The translations under genes were made by a program, and so were the position numbers. Below, piece by piece: positions 18,723-29,082 of a stretch of 62,523 nucleotides of DNA. Origin of the DNA: a virus (Duplodnaviria > Caudoviricetes); IMG/VR virus record IMGVR_UViG_3300027969_000104, positions 1 to 62,523 of that record. The stretch is one strand, 5' to 3'. Position 1 is the stretch's first letter. Each line of letters opens with the position of its first letter. Under the pieces are notes generated by a model, which saw only the letters and a program-made list of their open reading frames with translations, was not told where the DNA came from and made no database searches.

Positions 18723-20561
18723 TTAAACACCCGCTGTATTACCAGCTGGACTACCTACGCTACCTGCTCCGGCTGACGCTCCTGGGGCTGAGGTTGGACC
18801 AGCGCCAGTATCAACTTCCGCTGTACCAACACCAGTGTCTGCTAAATCATCACCCATGTCAATATCAGCATCCATGCCAGCAGGTGTAACTCCAACTGAA
18901 CGTAAATCTTGACCAGAAACATTAAGAACTTCAGAAAGATCACGCTCTTCTTTCCATAATTTTTCATTTTCAAGAATTTCTTCTTCAGTAAGACCAAGAT
19001 ATCTCTTTAATAAAAAACGTTTTGAGAGATATGGCAGTGGTTCAATAGCAGTAAATGTACTAACTCTAGCAGTATCAAGTTCAGATTGACGATAACTAGC
19101 AAAGTTTTGTGGCTGAGTTAATTTTAATGTAAAGATACTGCTATCAATACTAAAACCTCTCCAGTGTAAAAACATTTTAAATTCATCATCTAACTTTTGC
19201 ATAATCAACTTTTGCAAACGTTCGCAATACTTGTTAAAACGGAATTCTTGAATTAATGCTGTTCCTACTTTACCATCATTTGTTGTTGCTGCACTATCAT
19301 CTGGACCTGTTGGAAGATAACTGCTAGGAACACGTAATCCACGAGCCATTTTATTATTAAAATATTTTAAATCGTCAATTTCGCCTAGATTTTGTCCACC
19401 TGGCATTACTTCAACAGAACTACCTCGTCCATCTGACGTTTGTGGAAAGAAATAATCTTCATTTATCGATAGTGGATTATAACTAGCATCCATCATATTA
19501 TTTCCGCCTCCTGTGATTGTAGGAATACGGCGTTGATGCATTTCATTTTTAACACGTTCCACAAATGCCATTGCCATGTGACTAGGCATATTACCTACGT
19601 CAATTTTAAATAAACGGCGTTCCGGAGCACGTTGAACACGATAAATCAATACTGAATCTTCTAAAAGTTCTTTTTGTTTGTAAACTTTATAGATATTTTC
19701 TAAAATACTTTGCCCGAATGGCCAAAAATAATCTAAACCTTCATTTAAACTTAGATGTACAACGTGTTTAGCATCTATGCATGACTCATTCATAGCTTGC
19801 GTAAAGCGACTATTGCCTGTTCCGCCACCACCACCGCCACCACCGCCACCATTTGGCGCATTGTAGTTATTGCCCGTTGTAACTGAACCAGTTGATCTGC
19901 TTACATAATAATCAGATGTGGTTTTAGCCGCCATACTCATATTTTGAAAGTTAGGATTGATATCACGAATGATATATTGCTCAGGACGTTTGCCTTCCGA
20001 CTCGTTAACAATAATACGAGCCACTTTAATCATGTCAATCCAATACATTTCAAATGTTTCTGGATCACGGACAAATACTTGATCGCCATACTTGATAGCG
20101 TTTCTGAACAATTTAAAAATACGCTGGTCTAATTTGTTTAACTTAGTCCATTGTTGTAATTGTTTTTTAATAATTTCAATTTCATGATCAGTTGGATTTT
20201 CACCAAAATCAATATCAAACGGAGTGCCATTATCACTATTAGCTTGTGTACTAAACTCAGCAATAATGTCTAAGCAAGCGTTTACTTCGCTATCACAATC
20301 CATATTTTCATATTGATTGTAACGTTCTAATCTGTTTGGATGTCCGGAATAAACTTCGGGCAATCTACTTGCGTAATTGCGAAATGCAAATTCATTTCGT
20401 GTTCCACTTTCAAAATCAGAGCCTGGTCTGTTATATCCAGGTAATCCAAAATTGTTTTTACCAGATATAGGACTAAGTTGCCCCATCTGATTTGTATCAG
20501 CTAGTTTGAAATATTTACGCCAAGAACCGTTGCGTCCGTTAGTACCGTTTGAAGTTGCCAT
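18723..20561 (-). CDS. gp20: Portal vertex protein (gp20-like)
   Basis: LLEDSVLIYRVQRAPERRLFKIDVGNMP, EDYFFP, GGQNLGEIDDLKYF, LRVPSSYL motifs. Confidence 0.96.
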   Translation of the reverse strand: MATSNGTNGRNGSWRKYFKLADTNQMGQLSPISGKNNFGLPGYNRPGSDFESGTRNEFAFRNYASRLPEVYSGHPNRLERYNQYENMDCDSEVNACLDIIAEFSTQANSDNGTPFDIDFGENPTDHEIEIIKKQLQQWTKLNKLDQRIFKLFRNAIKYGDQVFVRDPETFEMYWIDMIKVARIIVNESEGKRPEQYIIRDINPNFQNMSMAAKTTSDYYVSRSTGSVTTGNNYNAPNGGGGGGGGGGTGNSRFTQAMNESCIDAKHVVHLSLNEGLDYFWPFGQSILENIYKVYKQKELLEDSVLIYRVQRAPERRLFKIDVGNMPSHMAMAFVERVKNEMHQRRIPTITGGGNNMMDASYNPLSINEDYFFPQTSDGRGSSVEVMPGGQNLGEIDDLKYFNNKMARGLRVPSSYLPTGPDDSAATTNDGKVGTALIQEFRFNKYCERLQKLIMQKLDDEFKMFLHWRGFSIDSSIFTLKLTQPQNFASYRQSELDTARVSTFTAIEPLPYLSKRFLLKRYLGLTEEEILENEKLWKEERDLSEVLNVSGQDLRSVGVTPAGMDADIDMGDDLADTGVGTAEVDTGAGPTSAPGASAGAGSVGSPAGNTAGV

Positions 20562-20579
20562 AGTCAGTTATTTAGTTTA

Positions 20580-23500
20580 TTAACTCTGTAGTTGTAATAA
20601 CTGTTTTGACATTTCCATATGTTTAGACATACCATCAACTAATAGGGTTAATTTTTGAACTTTTGCTGATAAAAGTGAAACAAGAATAGCAGAGTCATTG
20701 TTTTGCTTAGGCATGTTAACAGGAATTGATTTACCATCAGGCAATGGAACAACAGCTTCAGTTCCATGTAGCATTGCTTCATAACCGCTCATGTCACCAT
20801 ATAAAATTCCACCCAGTTGAGCAGTTTGCATTGTTTTACCATCTGTTCCTGTCGTGGGAGTTGCTGCGACAGATGCAGCAGGAATTTCAGCGGCAGCTGT
20901 TCCTACAGGAGCTGTTGTAGAAGCAGTTTGAGTAGCTGCTTTTCCGCCTTTACTCATAAATGATAAATCAGCTACTTTTTCTGCGTTAAATTGGCCTGTT
21001 TCCAAATTTCTTGCATATGCGTCTTTTTTTCTTTGCTCAGTTACCGCATTTGAATTACCAATACTTCGTGCTACTTGTGTATATGGATCAGCATTTGGAT
21101 TTCGCTTCATTCCATCTAACATCATCATAACTGCAATCTTAGCTGCAATTTTTGGATCATTTGCTAAATCTGGATTTCCAACTAAATCTATGCCTAATTT
21201 TTCACCATATTTTTTATAATTGGTTTTAAAAGTAATACCAATAAATCCACGCCCTCGATATTTGTATCCATCACCTGGTTGGTCATTACCGTAACCTTTA
21301 AATGCCGGATTTTTATCACCATAAACATAGTCAAAGAATTTTACAGGGTCTGCTTTTAATTTAGTCAACTCATCATCTGGCATTTTGCCAAAAATAGATC
21401 CTGCTCCGAATGATTTTCTAATATTTTCATTACTGGTATTTTGATAGCCAATTTCTGTTTGCATTTTAAAACCAGACTCGCCCTCAGCAGCAGCAGCCAT
21501 GGATGCTCGTATTTTAGGATCGGTAACACCTAAATCAGTCATAGCTTGTTGGAATAATTGTTGATTTTGTCCAACCGTGGTAGGCCCAGTGCCTTCAGCT
21601 AATCCACCTGCTTTTTCTGTTTCTGCTGTGCCGCCCGCAACACTTCCAGCGCCGCTGGCATTAAGTGTTGCTGCATTCGCAGCATTGCCAATTGATGGGC
21701 CAGACGATCCACTAGGTGTTCCACCTGATGTTCCGCCTGATGTTCCACCTGGCGCTCCACCTGATGTTCCACCTGGCGCTCCACCTGATGTTCCACCTGG
21801 CGCTCCACCAGATGAGCCGCCTGATGTTCCACCAGATGATCCCGTTAGCGTGCCTCCTACTAATTGTGGAGTTGCAGGAGGTGGACCACGAGTAGCTAGT
21901 GATGCTCCTTTAGCTATTAATGCGGTAACTTCTTTTACTTTATCTTTAATATTTTCTTTAATTTTAATTGATAAAGATCCAGAACTTAATAAATCACTAA
22001 AAGTTTTAAATGATTTTTCAACAGGCACAATACCTTTTTTAACTGAACTATCTACAGTATTACCAATAGTTTTTTGATCAGTGCCTATTTCTTCTTTGTC
22101 TTTTGTAGCAGAATTTTCTGATAAAAATAACATAGTTTGTTGATTTTTAACAAATTTTTCACTAGCATTTGTATAATCTTTCTGTGATTCAGTGGCTTTG
22201 TCAAGTAATACTGTTAAATTTTCAATTGACTTGTCTGTTTTATTGCTAACAATAGAAGTTGTGCCTAATCCGCTAGATTTTTTACTTGACGGACCATCTA
22301 CATATCCTCCTATTGCATATCCACCTGTGCCATAAGGATTTTTTATATCTTTGACAGGTAATCCACTAGATGAAAAATCTGTACCCTTGAATTTTTTAGA
22401 CCCAAGATAATCTACTTCATTTTTCTCGTTGTTTCCTGAAAGTCCTAGGCCAAGTGGCATATATGGACTTATTAACGTATTTACCACTGTTTTAAACAAC
22501 GAATTGTCTTTACTACGATTATTACTACCAATTCCTGTTTTAACTTGATCATGAATGGAAAGTTTGCCTAATGTTGAATCTTTATTGACTTTGATTCCTA
22601 CTTTCTTAGCCACTGTTTGTAATTGAGTTGGAGTATCGTTGGCTAATCCTCGTTTCATTAATTCAGTTTTGTTAATTGGTTTATTAGTTTCAAATGTGTT
22701 TTTATTTAATTCGTTAATTTTTCCAGATCCCGCGAAATCATGTCCAACTAATCCACCATCAGCATATCCTCCTAAGGAAAATCCACCTGTGCCATAAAGA
22801 TTTGCTGGTTTTTTAACACCCAAATCATCAGCTGTCTTACGAAAATCTCCTTCTTTATATTTGGAATTTTTATTTCCAAGATAATCTTGACTTGGATCGT
22901 AAGTATATGAACTTTTATTAACTTTTATACCTATTTTTTTGGCTGCTGTTTGTAATTGAGTTGGAGTATCGTTGGCCAATCCTCGTTTCATTAATTCAGT
23001 TTTGTTAATTGGTTTTGTAACACTTTCAAATCCATTTCTAACTAATTCAGCATATTCTTTACTGTTAACCATGCCCGCTTGCGCTACTTGTGAGAATGCA
23101 GATCTGCCGCCAAATTCCTTACTATTACCTGTGCCACCTACAAGACCACCATCAGCAAATCCTTCTGTTCTTCTGCCTGTTCCTGAATTGCCAAACAATC
23201 CCCCAAACATTGTGCCGCCTTGCTGACCTTTTTTACCTAAGGCAATAAAATTTGCAGCCTCTGCCGCAGCGGTTGACATTAATTTTACAGCACTAGTTGC
23301 TGGACCTAACCCTTCGTTAATTACATGATCAAACGATTTTGCTATATCACGATTTGACTGTTTAATTTTAGTCATATCAGAAGTTTTTGATTTGAAAAAC
23401 CAGTTATCATGTTTACCGCTTTTCTGATCTTCTTGTTCTTTTTTAGTTTTTTCTAATTCTTTAGTATTATCCTTAATAACCGTGTTAGCTAACGCAACTG

Positions 23501-24659
23501 TAGCTCCAAAATCTCCAAAATTTTTCTCAAATATTCCAACTTTAGCAGAATCAATATTGCCAGCTACTGTATTCCTAGCATCTTGTGCTGCCTGATTCAT
23601 TATTTTACCAGTATCAGTTTCACCTTTCTCTAACATCTTAGCTACATTTGGCAATGATCTCACCGCTTTAATGTAATTTGGATCGTTTACTGCGCCAGAC
23701 AATAGCATAGCTATTGAGTCAGACATAGGTGCAAGTTCAGGCGATGCAAAAATTTTTATCATCTCCTCGTTGCGCTTTAATTTTGCGGCTGCGTCTTTAT
23801 CTCCTGCATCTGCTTGTTGTTTAAGTTGATTTTGCGTATAATTAAACTGCTCCATACGCAAAGCTTTTTCATATGCTTTATTTTGTTCAGCAGCATTGAT
23901 GCCAGTTAATTTAGTAAGACGATCTTGTTGCTCAATATATGCTTTAGCACCATCTCGCATTTCTCTGGTTGATTTTATTTTAGATGAACCAGTTAATTGT
24001 TGAAATTTAGTATATTCAAGAATGCCAACATTAACATCTTCAACAGACAAGCCCATGTTTCCAAATTCTTCTATTAATCCTGAACTATTGATAGATTTTG
24101 AAACATCGGTTATCTTATTCATTCCATCAGCTGCTGTACCACCCAATAATGCCAACGTATTGGCATTAGTTTTCATTAATGTTGTGAAATTGCCTATTTC
24201 AGATACAGTATAGCCAGCTGCTTGTAAATTTTTAAAAGTAGAATCCATACCAACTACGAGTCCCGAACGACTCATACTTTGATAATTTTTAAATAACGCA
24301 TCTCCTTGTTTTAATGACGCAGCAATTAATTTTCCTGTAGCATTTGCTGCTTTTCCAAGCATATTTCCAGCAGATGGAAATATTCTGAACATGGAATCAA
24401 AAGATACTCCAGCTTTATCCATTATGTCACTAAAAACTTCAAGACCTTCTGCCCCTTCGGACATTCGATTAGCTGCGTTAAATACAGCTTCTTTTAAGTT
24501 CTTAGAATTAAATGTTAAAGTATCGGAAAAATTCTTAATGCCAATAGTGGCATCTCGCATTTCTTTTGCGAGTTCAGAGGATACAGGTATTCCCCTAGCA
24601 ACAGTATCGTTGAATCTGCGTATTATTTCTGCTGTTTCTTGTGGTGTATAACGTTCCAT
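20580..24659 (-). CDS. Tape-measure-like protein with C-terminal GH19 (chitinase/lysozyme-like) domain
   Basis: Helical N-terminal half, FADGG motifs, GDGYKYRGRGFIGIT...NY...GIDLVGNPDL, terminal LHGTEAVVPLPDG. Confidence 0.75.
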   Translation of the reverse strand: MERYTPQETAEIIRRFNDTVARGIPVSSELAKEMRDATIGIKNFSDTLTFNSKNLKEAVFNAANRMSEGAEGLEVFSDIMDKAGVSFDSMFRIFPSAGNMLGKAANATGKLIAASLKQGDALFKNYQSMSRSGLVVGMDSTFKNLQAAGYTVSEIGNFTTLMKTNANTLALLGGTAADGMNKITDVSKSINSSGLIEEFGNMGLSVEDVNVGILEYTKFQQLTGSSKIKSTREMRDGAKAYIEQQDRLTKLTGINAAEQNKAYEKALRMEQFNYTQNQLKQQADAGDKDAAAKLKRNEEMIKIFASPELAPMSDSIAMLLSGAVNDPNYIKAVRSLPNVAKMLEKGETDTGKIMNQAAQDARNTVAGNIDSAKVGIFEKNFGDFGATVALANTVIKDNTKELEKTKKEQEDQKSGKHDNWFFKSKTSDMTKIKQSNRDIAKSFDHVINEGLGPATSAVKLMSTAAAEAANFIALGKKGQQGGTMFGGLFGNSGTGRRTEGFADGGLVGGTGNSKEFGGRSAFSQVAQAGMVNSKEYAELVRNGFESVTKPINKTELMKRGLANDTPTQLQTAAKKIGIKVNKSSYTYDPSQDYLGNKNSKYKEGDFRKTADDLGVKKPANLYGTGGFSLGGYADGGLVGHDFAGSGKINELNKNTFETNKPINKTELMKRGLANDTPTQLQTVAKKVGIKVNKDSTLGKLSIHDQVKTGIGSNNRSKDNSLFKTVVNTLISPYMPLGLGLSGNNEKNEVDYLGSKKFKGTDFSSSGLPVKDIKNPYGTGGYAIGGYVDGPSSKKSSGLGTTSIVSNKTDKSIENLTVLLDKATESQKDYTNASEKFVKNQQTMLFLSENSATKDKEEIGTDQKTIGNTVDSSVKKGIVPVEKSFKTFSDLLSSGSLSIKIKENIKDKVKEVTALIAKGASLATRGPPPATPQLVGGTLTGSSGGTSGGSSGGAPGGTSGGAPGGTSGGAPGGTSGGTSGGTPSGSSGPSIGNAANAATLNASGAGSVAGGTAETEKAGGLAEGTGPTTVGQNQQLFQQAMTDLGVTDPKIRASMAAAAEGESGFKMQTEIGYQNTSNENIRKSFGAGSIFGKMPDDELTKLKADPVKFFDYVYGDKNPAFKGYGNDQPGDGYKYRGRGFIGITFKTNYKKYGEKLGIDLVGNPDLANDPKIAAKIAVMMMLDGMKRNPNADPYTQVARSIGNSNAVTEQRKKDAYARNLETGQFNAEKVADLSFMSKGGKAATQTASTTAPVGTAAAEIPAASVAATPTTGTDGKTMQTAQLGGILYGDMSGYEAMLHGTEAVVPLPDGKSIPVNMPKQNNDSAILVSLLSAKVQKLTLLVDGMSKHMEMSKQLLQLQS
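21715..21842 (-). repeat. 12/24-nt coding minisatellite (GGTS/GGAP linker)
   Basis: ccacctgatgttccacctggcgct repeated on the + strand. Confidence 0.9.
22581..23015 (-). repeat. Internal duplication with 333-nt offset (KPINKTELMKRGLANDTPTQLQT)
   Basis: Near-identical DNA blocks at 22614-22682 and 22947-23015. Confidence 0.9.
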
Positions 24660-24662
24660 ATC

Positions 24663-27600
24663 TTAACCTTGTTGCATTAACATTCGTTTAGTGATATCGT
24701 TTTGTCTAGACATAACACCTAATAATGAATCTAACTTTTCTAACTCTTGTGTTAATAGTGCGATCTGTTCCTCAGATCCACCACCACCACCGCCACTACT
24801 GCTGCTATTAGTTTGAACCGGGATTGTTCTTCCATCAGGCAGAGGAACTACTGCATCTGTACTAGATAATGCAGATTCGTATCCGCTAGATGGCGCACTA
24901 ATGTCAGGATTAGATGCTATACCACCCTTTTCTAAAGATTGTGTTGGTTTACTTGTTTTTCCTGATCTACGATTATTAATTTCTTGTGCTAAAAATGGAG
25001 AATCTTTAGGTAAACTAGCAGAAGTATAATCACTTCCCCATCCAACTAAACTTGAATGAGACGTATCTAAGTGAATATGTGCTCCACCTGGAGCTGAAAA
25101 TTCTGCACCTATTCCATTAAATCCTAAATCCATTGCTGTTGTGAAAACTTTATTTCTTTCTTCTTCACTTAATTGGTTAGCGCCAAATCCTAAATCAATC
25201 GCATCACCTGTTCCATGATTTGCTGCTCCAGCTCTAAATCCACTAGTAACTGTTAACTTTTTACCTATAGCTGATTCTATAGAAGCTTTCTTAGCTAATA
25301 CTGAATCTTTAACACCTGCTTCTTTTCCTACTCCAGAAGAAGCCGGCATACCTGCGCCACCAGAAGCTTCAGACGTAGATGAAGCAGAAGTTGGGCCAGC
25401 TGGATGAGTTGGTGCTTGTTCCGCTGATTTTGATGGCGTTTCCTTAGGAGGTGCTCCTCCAGCTGGAGCCGCTTCCGCGGGAGTTTCAGTTTTACCACCA
25501 GCAGCTTCACTAGTACCAGAACCAAAACTAAAAATATTTTTAACTTTATCAAACGTTGATAACAATAAATTTTTAGTACTATCAAGTATTGAACTAGAAG
25601 GATCATCTTTATTTTCTTTTGATTTACTCTGCAATGATTCAATCAATTCAGATAGTTGATTAGTTGTAGTAGATAAAGAAGAAAAACTTCTTACAACGGT
25701 TGGCATTGAACCAGATAAGCTGTTAGATAACAATTCCGAATTGTCTTTTTGTTCAGATAAAATACTAGAATATGATTGTGCCATATTAGATGTTTCATTG
25801 CTTGCAATTTTTGTCTGCGAAGTTGCTTGCGACATGCCAAGTTGAAAACTAGTAAGACTATTAGTTAATTTTCTCATCTGCTCAGCATTAAATTGCTCAG
25901 ATGATGGAGGAGAAATGATAGGAAAATTTTGATTAGCTGTTTGAATAGCAGGAGTACTTGTTAACAATTTTGTTGCTGATGTACTAGGCGCAGCAACTTT
26001 TCCACCGTCTGCATATTGTATACTTGAACTACCTGGTTTATTTAATCCCAATGCCTTAGTAGTTTCAGCATCAATAACATATTCACCCTTATGAACTATA
26101 CCAGCCGGTTCATATTTACCACCATGTCCCGTGTATCCGCCATCAGCAAAACCCAATTGAATTATTTGTTTGATCGCTTGTTTAGCTTCATCTTGTGCTT
26201 TGTCTGGATTTCCAGGGTACTTCTTATGCATAGCTTGAGATGTTTCTAACCACTTAGGATGTCCATATATCTGAGAAGGTCTAATTTCACCTGCCGCAAA
26301 TTCCTGCGGTTTCATTTGACCAGATTGTGTAATTGCCTGTGTGTCCTTGGCTATTTTTTCACTTATTTGAGCGCCATCGCCTGTATATCCGCCACCAGAA
26401 AATCCAGGAATATTTTTATTAAGACCCAATGATTTAGTAGTTTCTGCATCAATTACATATTCACCTGTGTGTACAATTCCAGCAGGTTCATATTTACCGC
26501 CATCTCCTGTATATCCACCTTTTGAAAATTCAGGAACTGTTTTGTTTAATCCTAATGCTTTAGTAGTTTCTGCATCAATAACATATTCGCCCTTATGAAC
26601 TATGCCAGCTGGTTCATATTTACCTCCAGAACCTGTATATCCTCCGTCTGAAAATAACCTACCAGTTAAAAATTTCACAGGAAGCATTGCAGCTGAGCCA
26701 ACTTTACCTAATAGAGTTGATCCGCCGCCTTGTTGTCCTTCTTTGCCTGCTAGTTGTCCTAATACTCCTGCTGCTTGTTGCACTACTCCTGAAAATGTTA
26801 CTAGCGATGAGGTAACAACGCCCATTCCAAGATCAAGTATTTTTTCTGTTGACTGAGCATAATCACGAATATTTTGATAGGTTTCAACAGTATTAGCAGT
26901 AACGCCTTGAAAAAATGTATTACCTTCCTTGCCATCAACTTGTTCCCTCTGTTGTGCTGTTGCTCCTTTCACACTCTTAGTGTGATCCATCATTGCAAGA
27001 TTTGTACCCCGTGCTATCTCTGACATAGGTCCAAAGTTTTTATCAAAAGCACCAACACGAGCCAAACCACCAAACTGTTTTATGGTTTCTGTGGTATCTT
27101 TACCAACTCTATTTTGAAATTCTCCTATATCTCTGCCGCCTTGTTGGATATAAGTAGCAGACCTGCCCAAAGATCGTTGAAATGTATGATAACCTTCGCT
27201 ATTAACAGCCCCTGCCAGGAACATAGTGGCATTTTTTTGCATAGCTGGTCCCATTGAGGACTTAGCCACTGCTAATACTTGTTCGTTAAATCTTAATTCT
27301 TCTTGAGCTTTTTTACCTTCTTCGCCGCCTCTTGCTGCTATTTGCTGTAATTCATAGGTCCTAGCAGCATATTGCTCAGTTGCCATTGCTTCCATGCGAA
27401 TATTATTCTGCTCATCCGCACTTAAGCCAGTTAATTTTGTTAATTTGTCCTGCTGAACCATAAATTCAGCAGCTGCTTTGACTGTCTCAGAGCTATCTTT
27501 CTCAATAGCTCGTCCTCCCATCTGCTGGAATTTTATATAATTTGCTATGCCAGAATTAATATCAGGAATAGTCATGCCCATACGCATAAATTGCGTACCT

Positions 27601-28187
27601 AATCCTGAATTTGTGATTTCTTTAGATATTTTTGAAAATTTAGTAAGACCTTCTTGGGCAGTTCCACTCATAACAGCTAATACAGTGGAATTTTGTTTCA
27701 TTAGGGAACCATAATCCCCTATTTCCTTTGCTGTATAGCCTGCCGCCTGTAGATTTTTAAAGGCATCATCCATGCCCTTAGCTAGTCCTGATCTACTTAA
27801 ATCCTGAAAAAGTTTGTACTGTTGATCTGCTAATACAGCTATTTTATTTTCTAAAAAAGCCAGTCCTTCTACAAATTTACCCAGTATATTACTGCCATCC
27901 TTAGCATTTTTGTTCCAATCTGAGAATGTTTTAGCTCCGGCAGCCACAACTTTATTGTAAGTAGCAGCTCCACCTTGACCATCTTGTAAATTTGTTGCAA
28001 GATCTAGAAAATTTGCGGTTAATGCCTTTTGACTAGCCCGTAATTGAGCAGAGTATCCTTTAATACCAACAGAAGCATCTTTTAACGAATCCCTAAGTGC
28101 CTGGGTTATAGGTGTTCCTTCGGCCAACGCCCTATTGTACTCGTCCACATAGTGTTGAATTTCTTCTGGTGTCATTTGATCTTGCAT
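24663..28187 (-). CDS. Tape-measure-like protein with C-terminal peptidase M15-like domain
   Basis: Paralogue of 20580..24659; GGYTG.GGKYEPAGIVHKGEYV repeats; VTSGFR...H..G.AIDL...HIHLD Zn-peptidase motif; TATAAATA at 28194-28201. Confidence 0.75.
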   Translation of the reverse strand: MQDQMTPEEIQHYVDEYNRALAEGTPITQALRDSLKDASVGIKGYSAQLRASQKALTANFLDLATNLQDGQGGAATYNKVVAAGAKTFSDWNKNAKDGSNILGKFVEGLAFLENKIAVLADQQYKLFQDLSRSGLAKGMDDAFKNLQAAGYTAKEIGDYGSLMKQNSTVLAVMSGTAQEGLTKFSKISKEITNSGLGTQFMRMGMTIPDINSGIANYIKFQQMGGRAIEKDSSETVKAAAEFMVQQDKLTKLTGLSADEQNNIRMEAMATEQYAARTYELQQIAARGGEEGKKAQEELRFNEQVLAVAKSSMGPAMQKNATMFLAGAVNSEGYHTFQRSLGRSATYIQQGGRDIGEFQNRVGKDTTETIKQFGGLARVGAFDKNFGPMSEIARGTNLAMMDHTKSVKGATAQQREQVDGKEGNTFFQGVTANTVETYQNIRDYAQSTEKILDLGMGVVTSSLVTFSGVVQQAAGVLGQLAGKEGQQGGGSTLLGKVGSAAMLPVKFLTGRLFSDGGYTGSGGKYEPAGIVHKGEYVIDAETTKALGLNKTVPEFSKGGYTGDGGKYEPAGIVHTGEYVIDAETTKSLGLNKNIPGFSGGGYTGDGAQISEKIAKDTQAITQSGQMKPQEFAAGEIRPSQIYGHPKWLETSQAMHKKYPGNPDKAQDEAKQAIKQIIQLGFADGGYTGHGGKYEPAGIVHKGEYVIDAETTKALGLNKPGSSSIQYADGGKVAAPSTSATKLLTSTPAIQTANQNFPIISPPSSEQFNAEQMRKLTNSLTSFQLGMSQATSQTKIASNETSNMAQSYSSILSEQKDNSELLSNSLSGSMPTVVRSFSSLSTTTNQLSELIESLQSKSKENKDDPSSSILDSTKNLLLSTFDKVKNIFSFGSGTSEAAGGKTETPAEAAPAGGAPPKETPSKSAEQAPTHPAGPTSASSTSEASGGAGMPASSGVGKEAGVKDSVLAKKASIESAIGKKLTVTSGFRAGAANHGTGDAIDLGFGANQLSEEERNKVFTTAMDLGFNGIGAEFSAPGGAHIHLDTSHSSLVGWGSDYTSASLPKDSPFLAQEINNRRSGKTSKPTQSLEKGGIASNPDISAPSSGYESALSSTDAVVPLPDGRTIPVQTNSSSSGGGGGGSEEQIALLTQELEKLDSLLGVMSRQNDITKRMLMQQG
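26037..26654 (-). repeat. Three full copies and one partial copy of a 38-aa FxxGGYTG..GKYEPAGIVHKGEYVIDAETTKALGLNK unit
   Basis: Copies at 26541-26654, 26415-26528 and 26037-26150; partial copy starting at 26402. Confidence 0.9.
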
Positions 28188-28213
28188 AACTAATATTTAT
28201 ACAAGGAAAAAAC

Positions 28214-29044
28214 ATGAATCCTCTAAGCCAATACTTTAGACAACCATCAATTTACATTAAATTGCCTAGCCAGGGAAATTATTATCCAGAGGGAGCAATT
28301 GAAATGCCACAAAATGGCGAAGTTCCTGTGCTGCCCATGACGGCTATAGATGAAATTACATACCGCACACCCGATGCCTTATTCAGTGGACAGGCTGTTA
28401 TCAATGTAATCCAAAGTTGTGTGCCAGCAATCAAAGATGCCTGGGCAATTCCTTCAATTGACATTGATTCAATACTAGTAGCTATTCGTATTGCTAGTTA
28501 CGGTCATGAAATGACATTCTCAACAACATGTCCTAGTTGTCAGAATGAAGATGAATACGGTGTTGACCTACGCACAGTACTTGATAGAATGAAAAAGCCA
28601 GATTACGCAGTTCCTATCAAACAAGGAGACATTGAGATTTACTTTAGACCAATGACTTACAAGAATCTGTCTGATAATAATAAAATTCAATTTGATGAGC
28701 AGCGTATTTTTCAATCATTATCATCGGAAGGTGAGGTTGATAAAACTCAGCTAACAGCTATGTCTGATGCACTAAAGCGCATGACCGAAATGACGGTATC
28801 TGCATTAAGCCAAAGCATTTTAACTATTAAAACTCCATCAGCTATGGTTACAGAACAAGAATATATCTCAGAATTCATGAAAAACTGTGATAGTAAGTTG
28901 TTTAATCTTATTCAAAATTATGTGGTTGAACATAAAGCCGAAGCAGAGATGCAACCTGTTACTATTAAATGTAATGCATGTGAGAATCAATATTCACAAA
29001 GTATTACATTGGACATGACAACTTTTTTCGGGCGCGCCTCCTAG
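28214..29044 (+). CDS. Baseplate hub/tail assembly chaperone (T4 gp26-like)
   Basis: IKLPSQG, PMTAIDE, ILVAIRIASYG, two CxxC motifs; AAGGA SD; divergent from the tape-measure-like genes. Confidence 0.8.
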   Translation: MNPLSQYFRQPSIYIKLPSQGNYYPEGAIEMPQNGEVPVLPMTAIDEITYRTPDALFSGQAVINVIQSCVPAIKDAWAIPSIDIDSILVAIRIASYGHEMTFSTTCPSCQNEDEYGVDLRTVLDRMKKPDYAVPIKQGDIEIYFRPMTYKNLSDNNKIQFDEQRIFQSLSSEGEVDKTQLTAMSDALKRMTEMTVSALSQSILTIKTPSAMVTEQEYISEFMKNCDSKLFNLIQNYVVEHKAEAEMQPVTIKCNACENQYSQSITLDMTTFFGRAS

Positions 29045-29082
29045 TATTAGATGCTGAAAGCGTCTCCAAATACATTGATAAA

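Noticed and set aside
19821-19850. Poly-Gly (GGT/GGC) tract in the portal gene as a phase-variable repeat
   Set aside because: Triplet, mixed codons and in frame; best explained as a flexible loop
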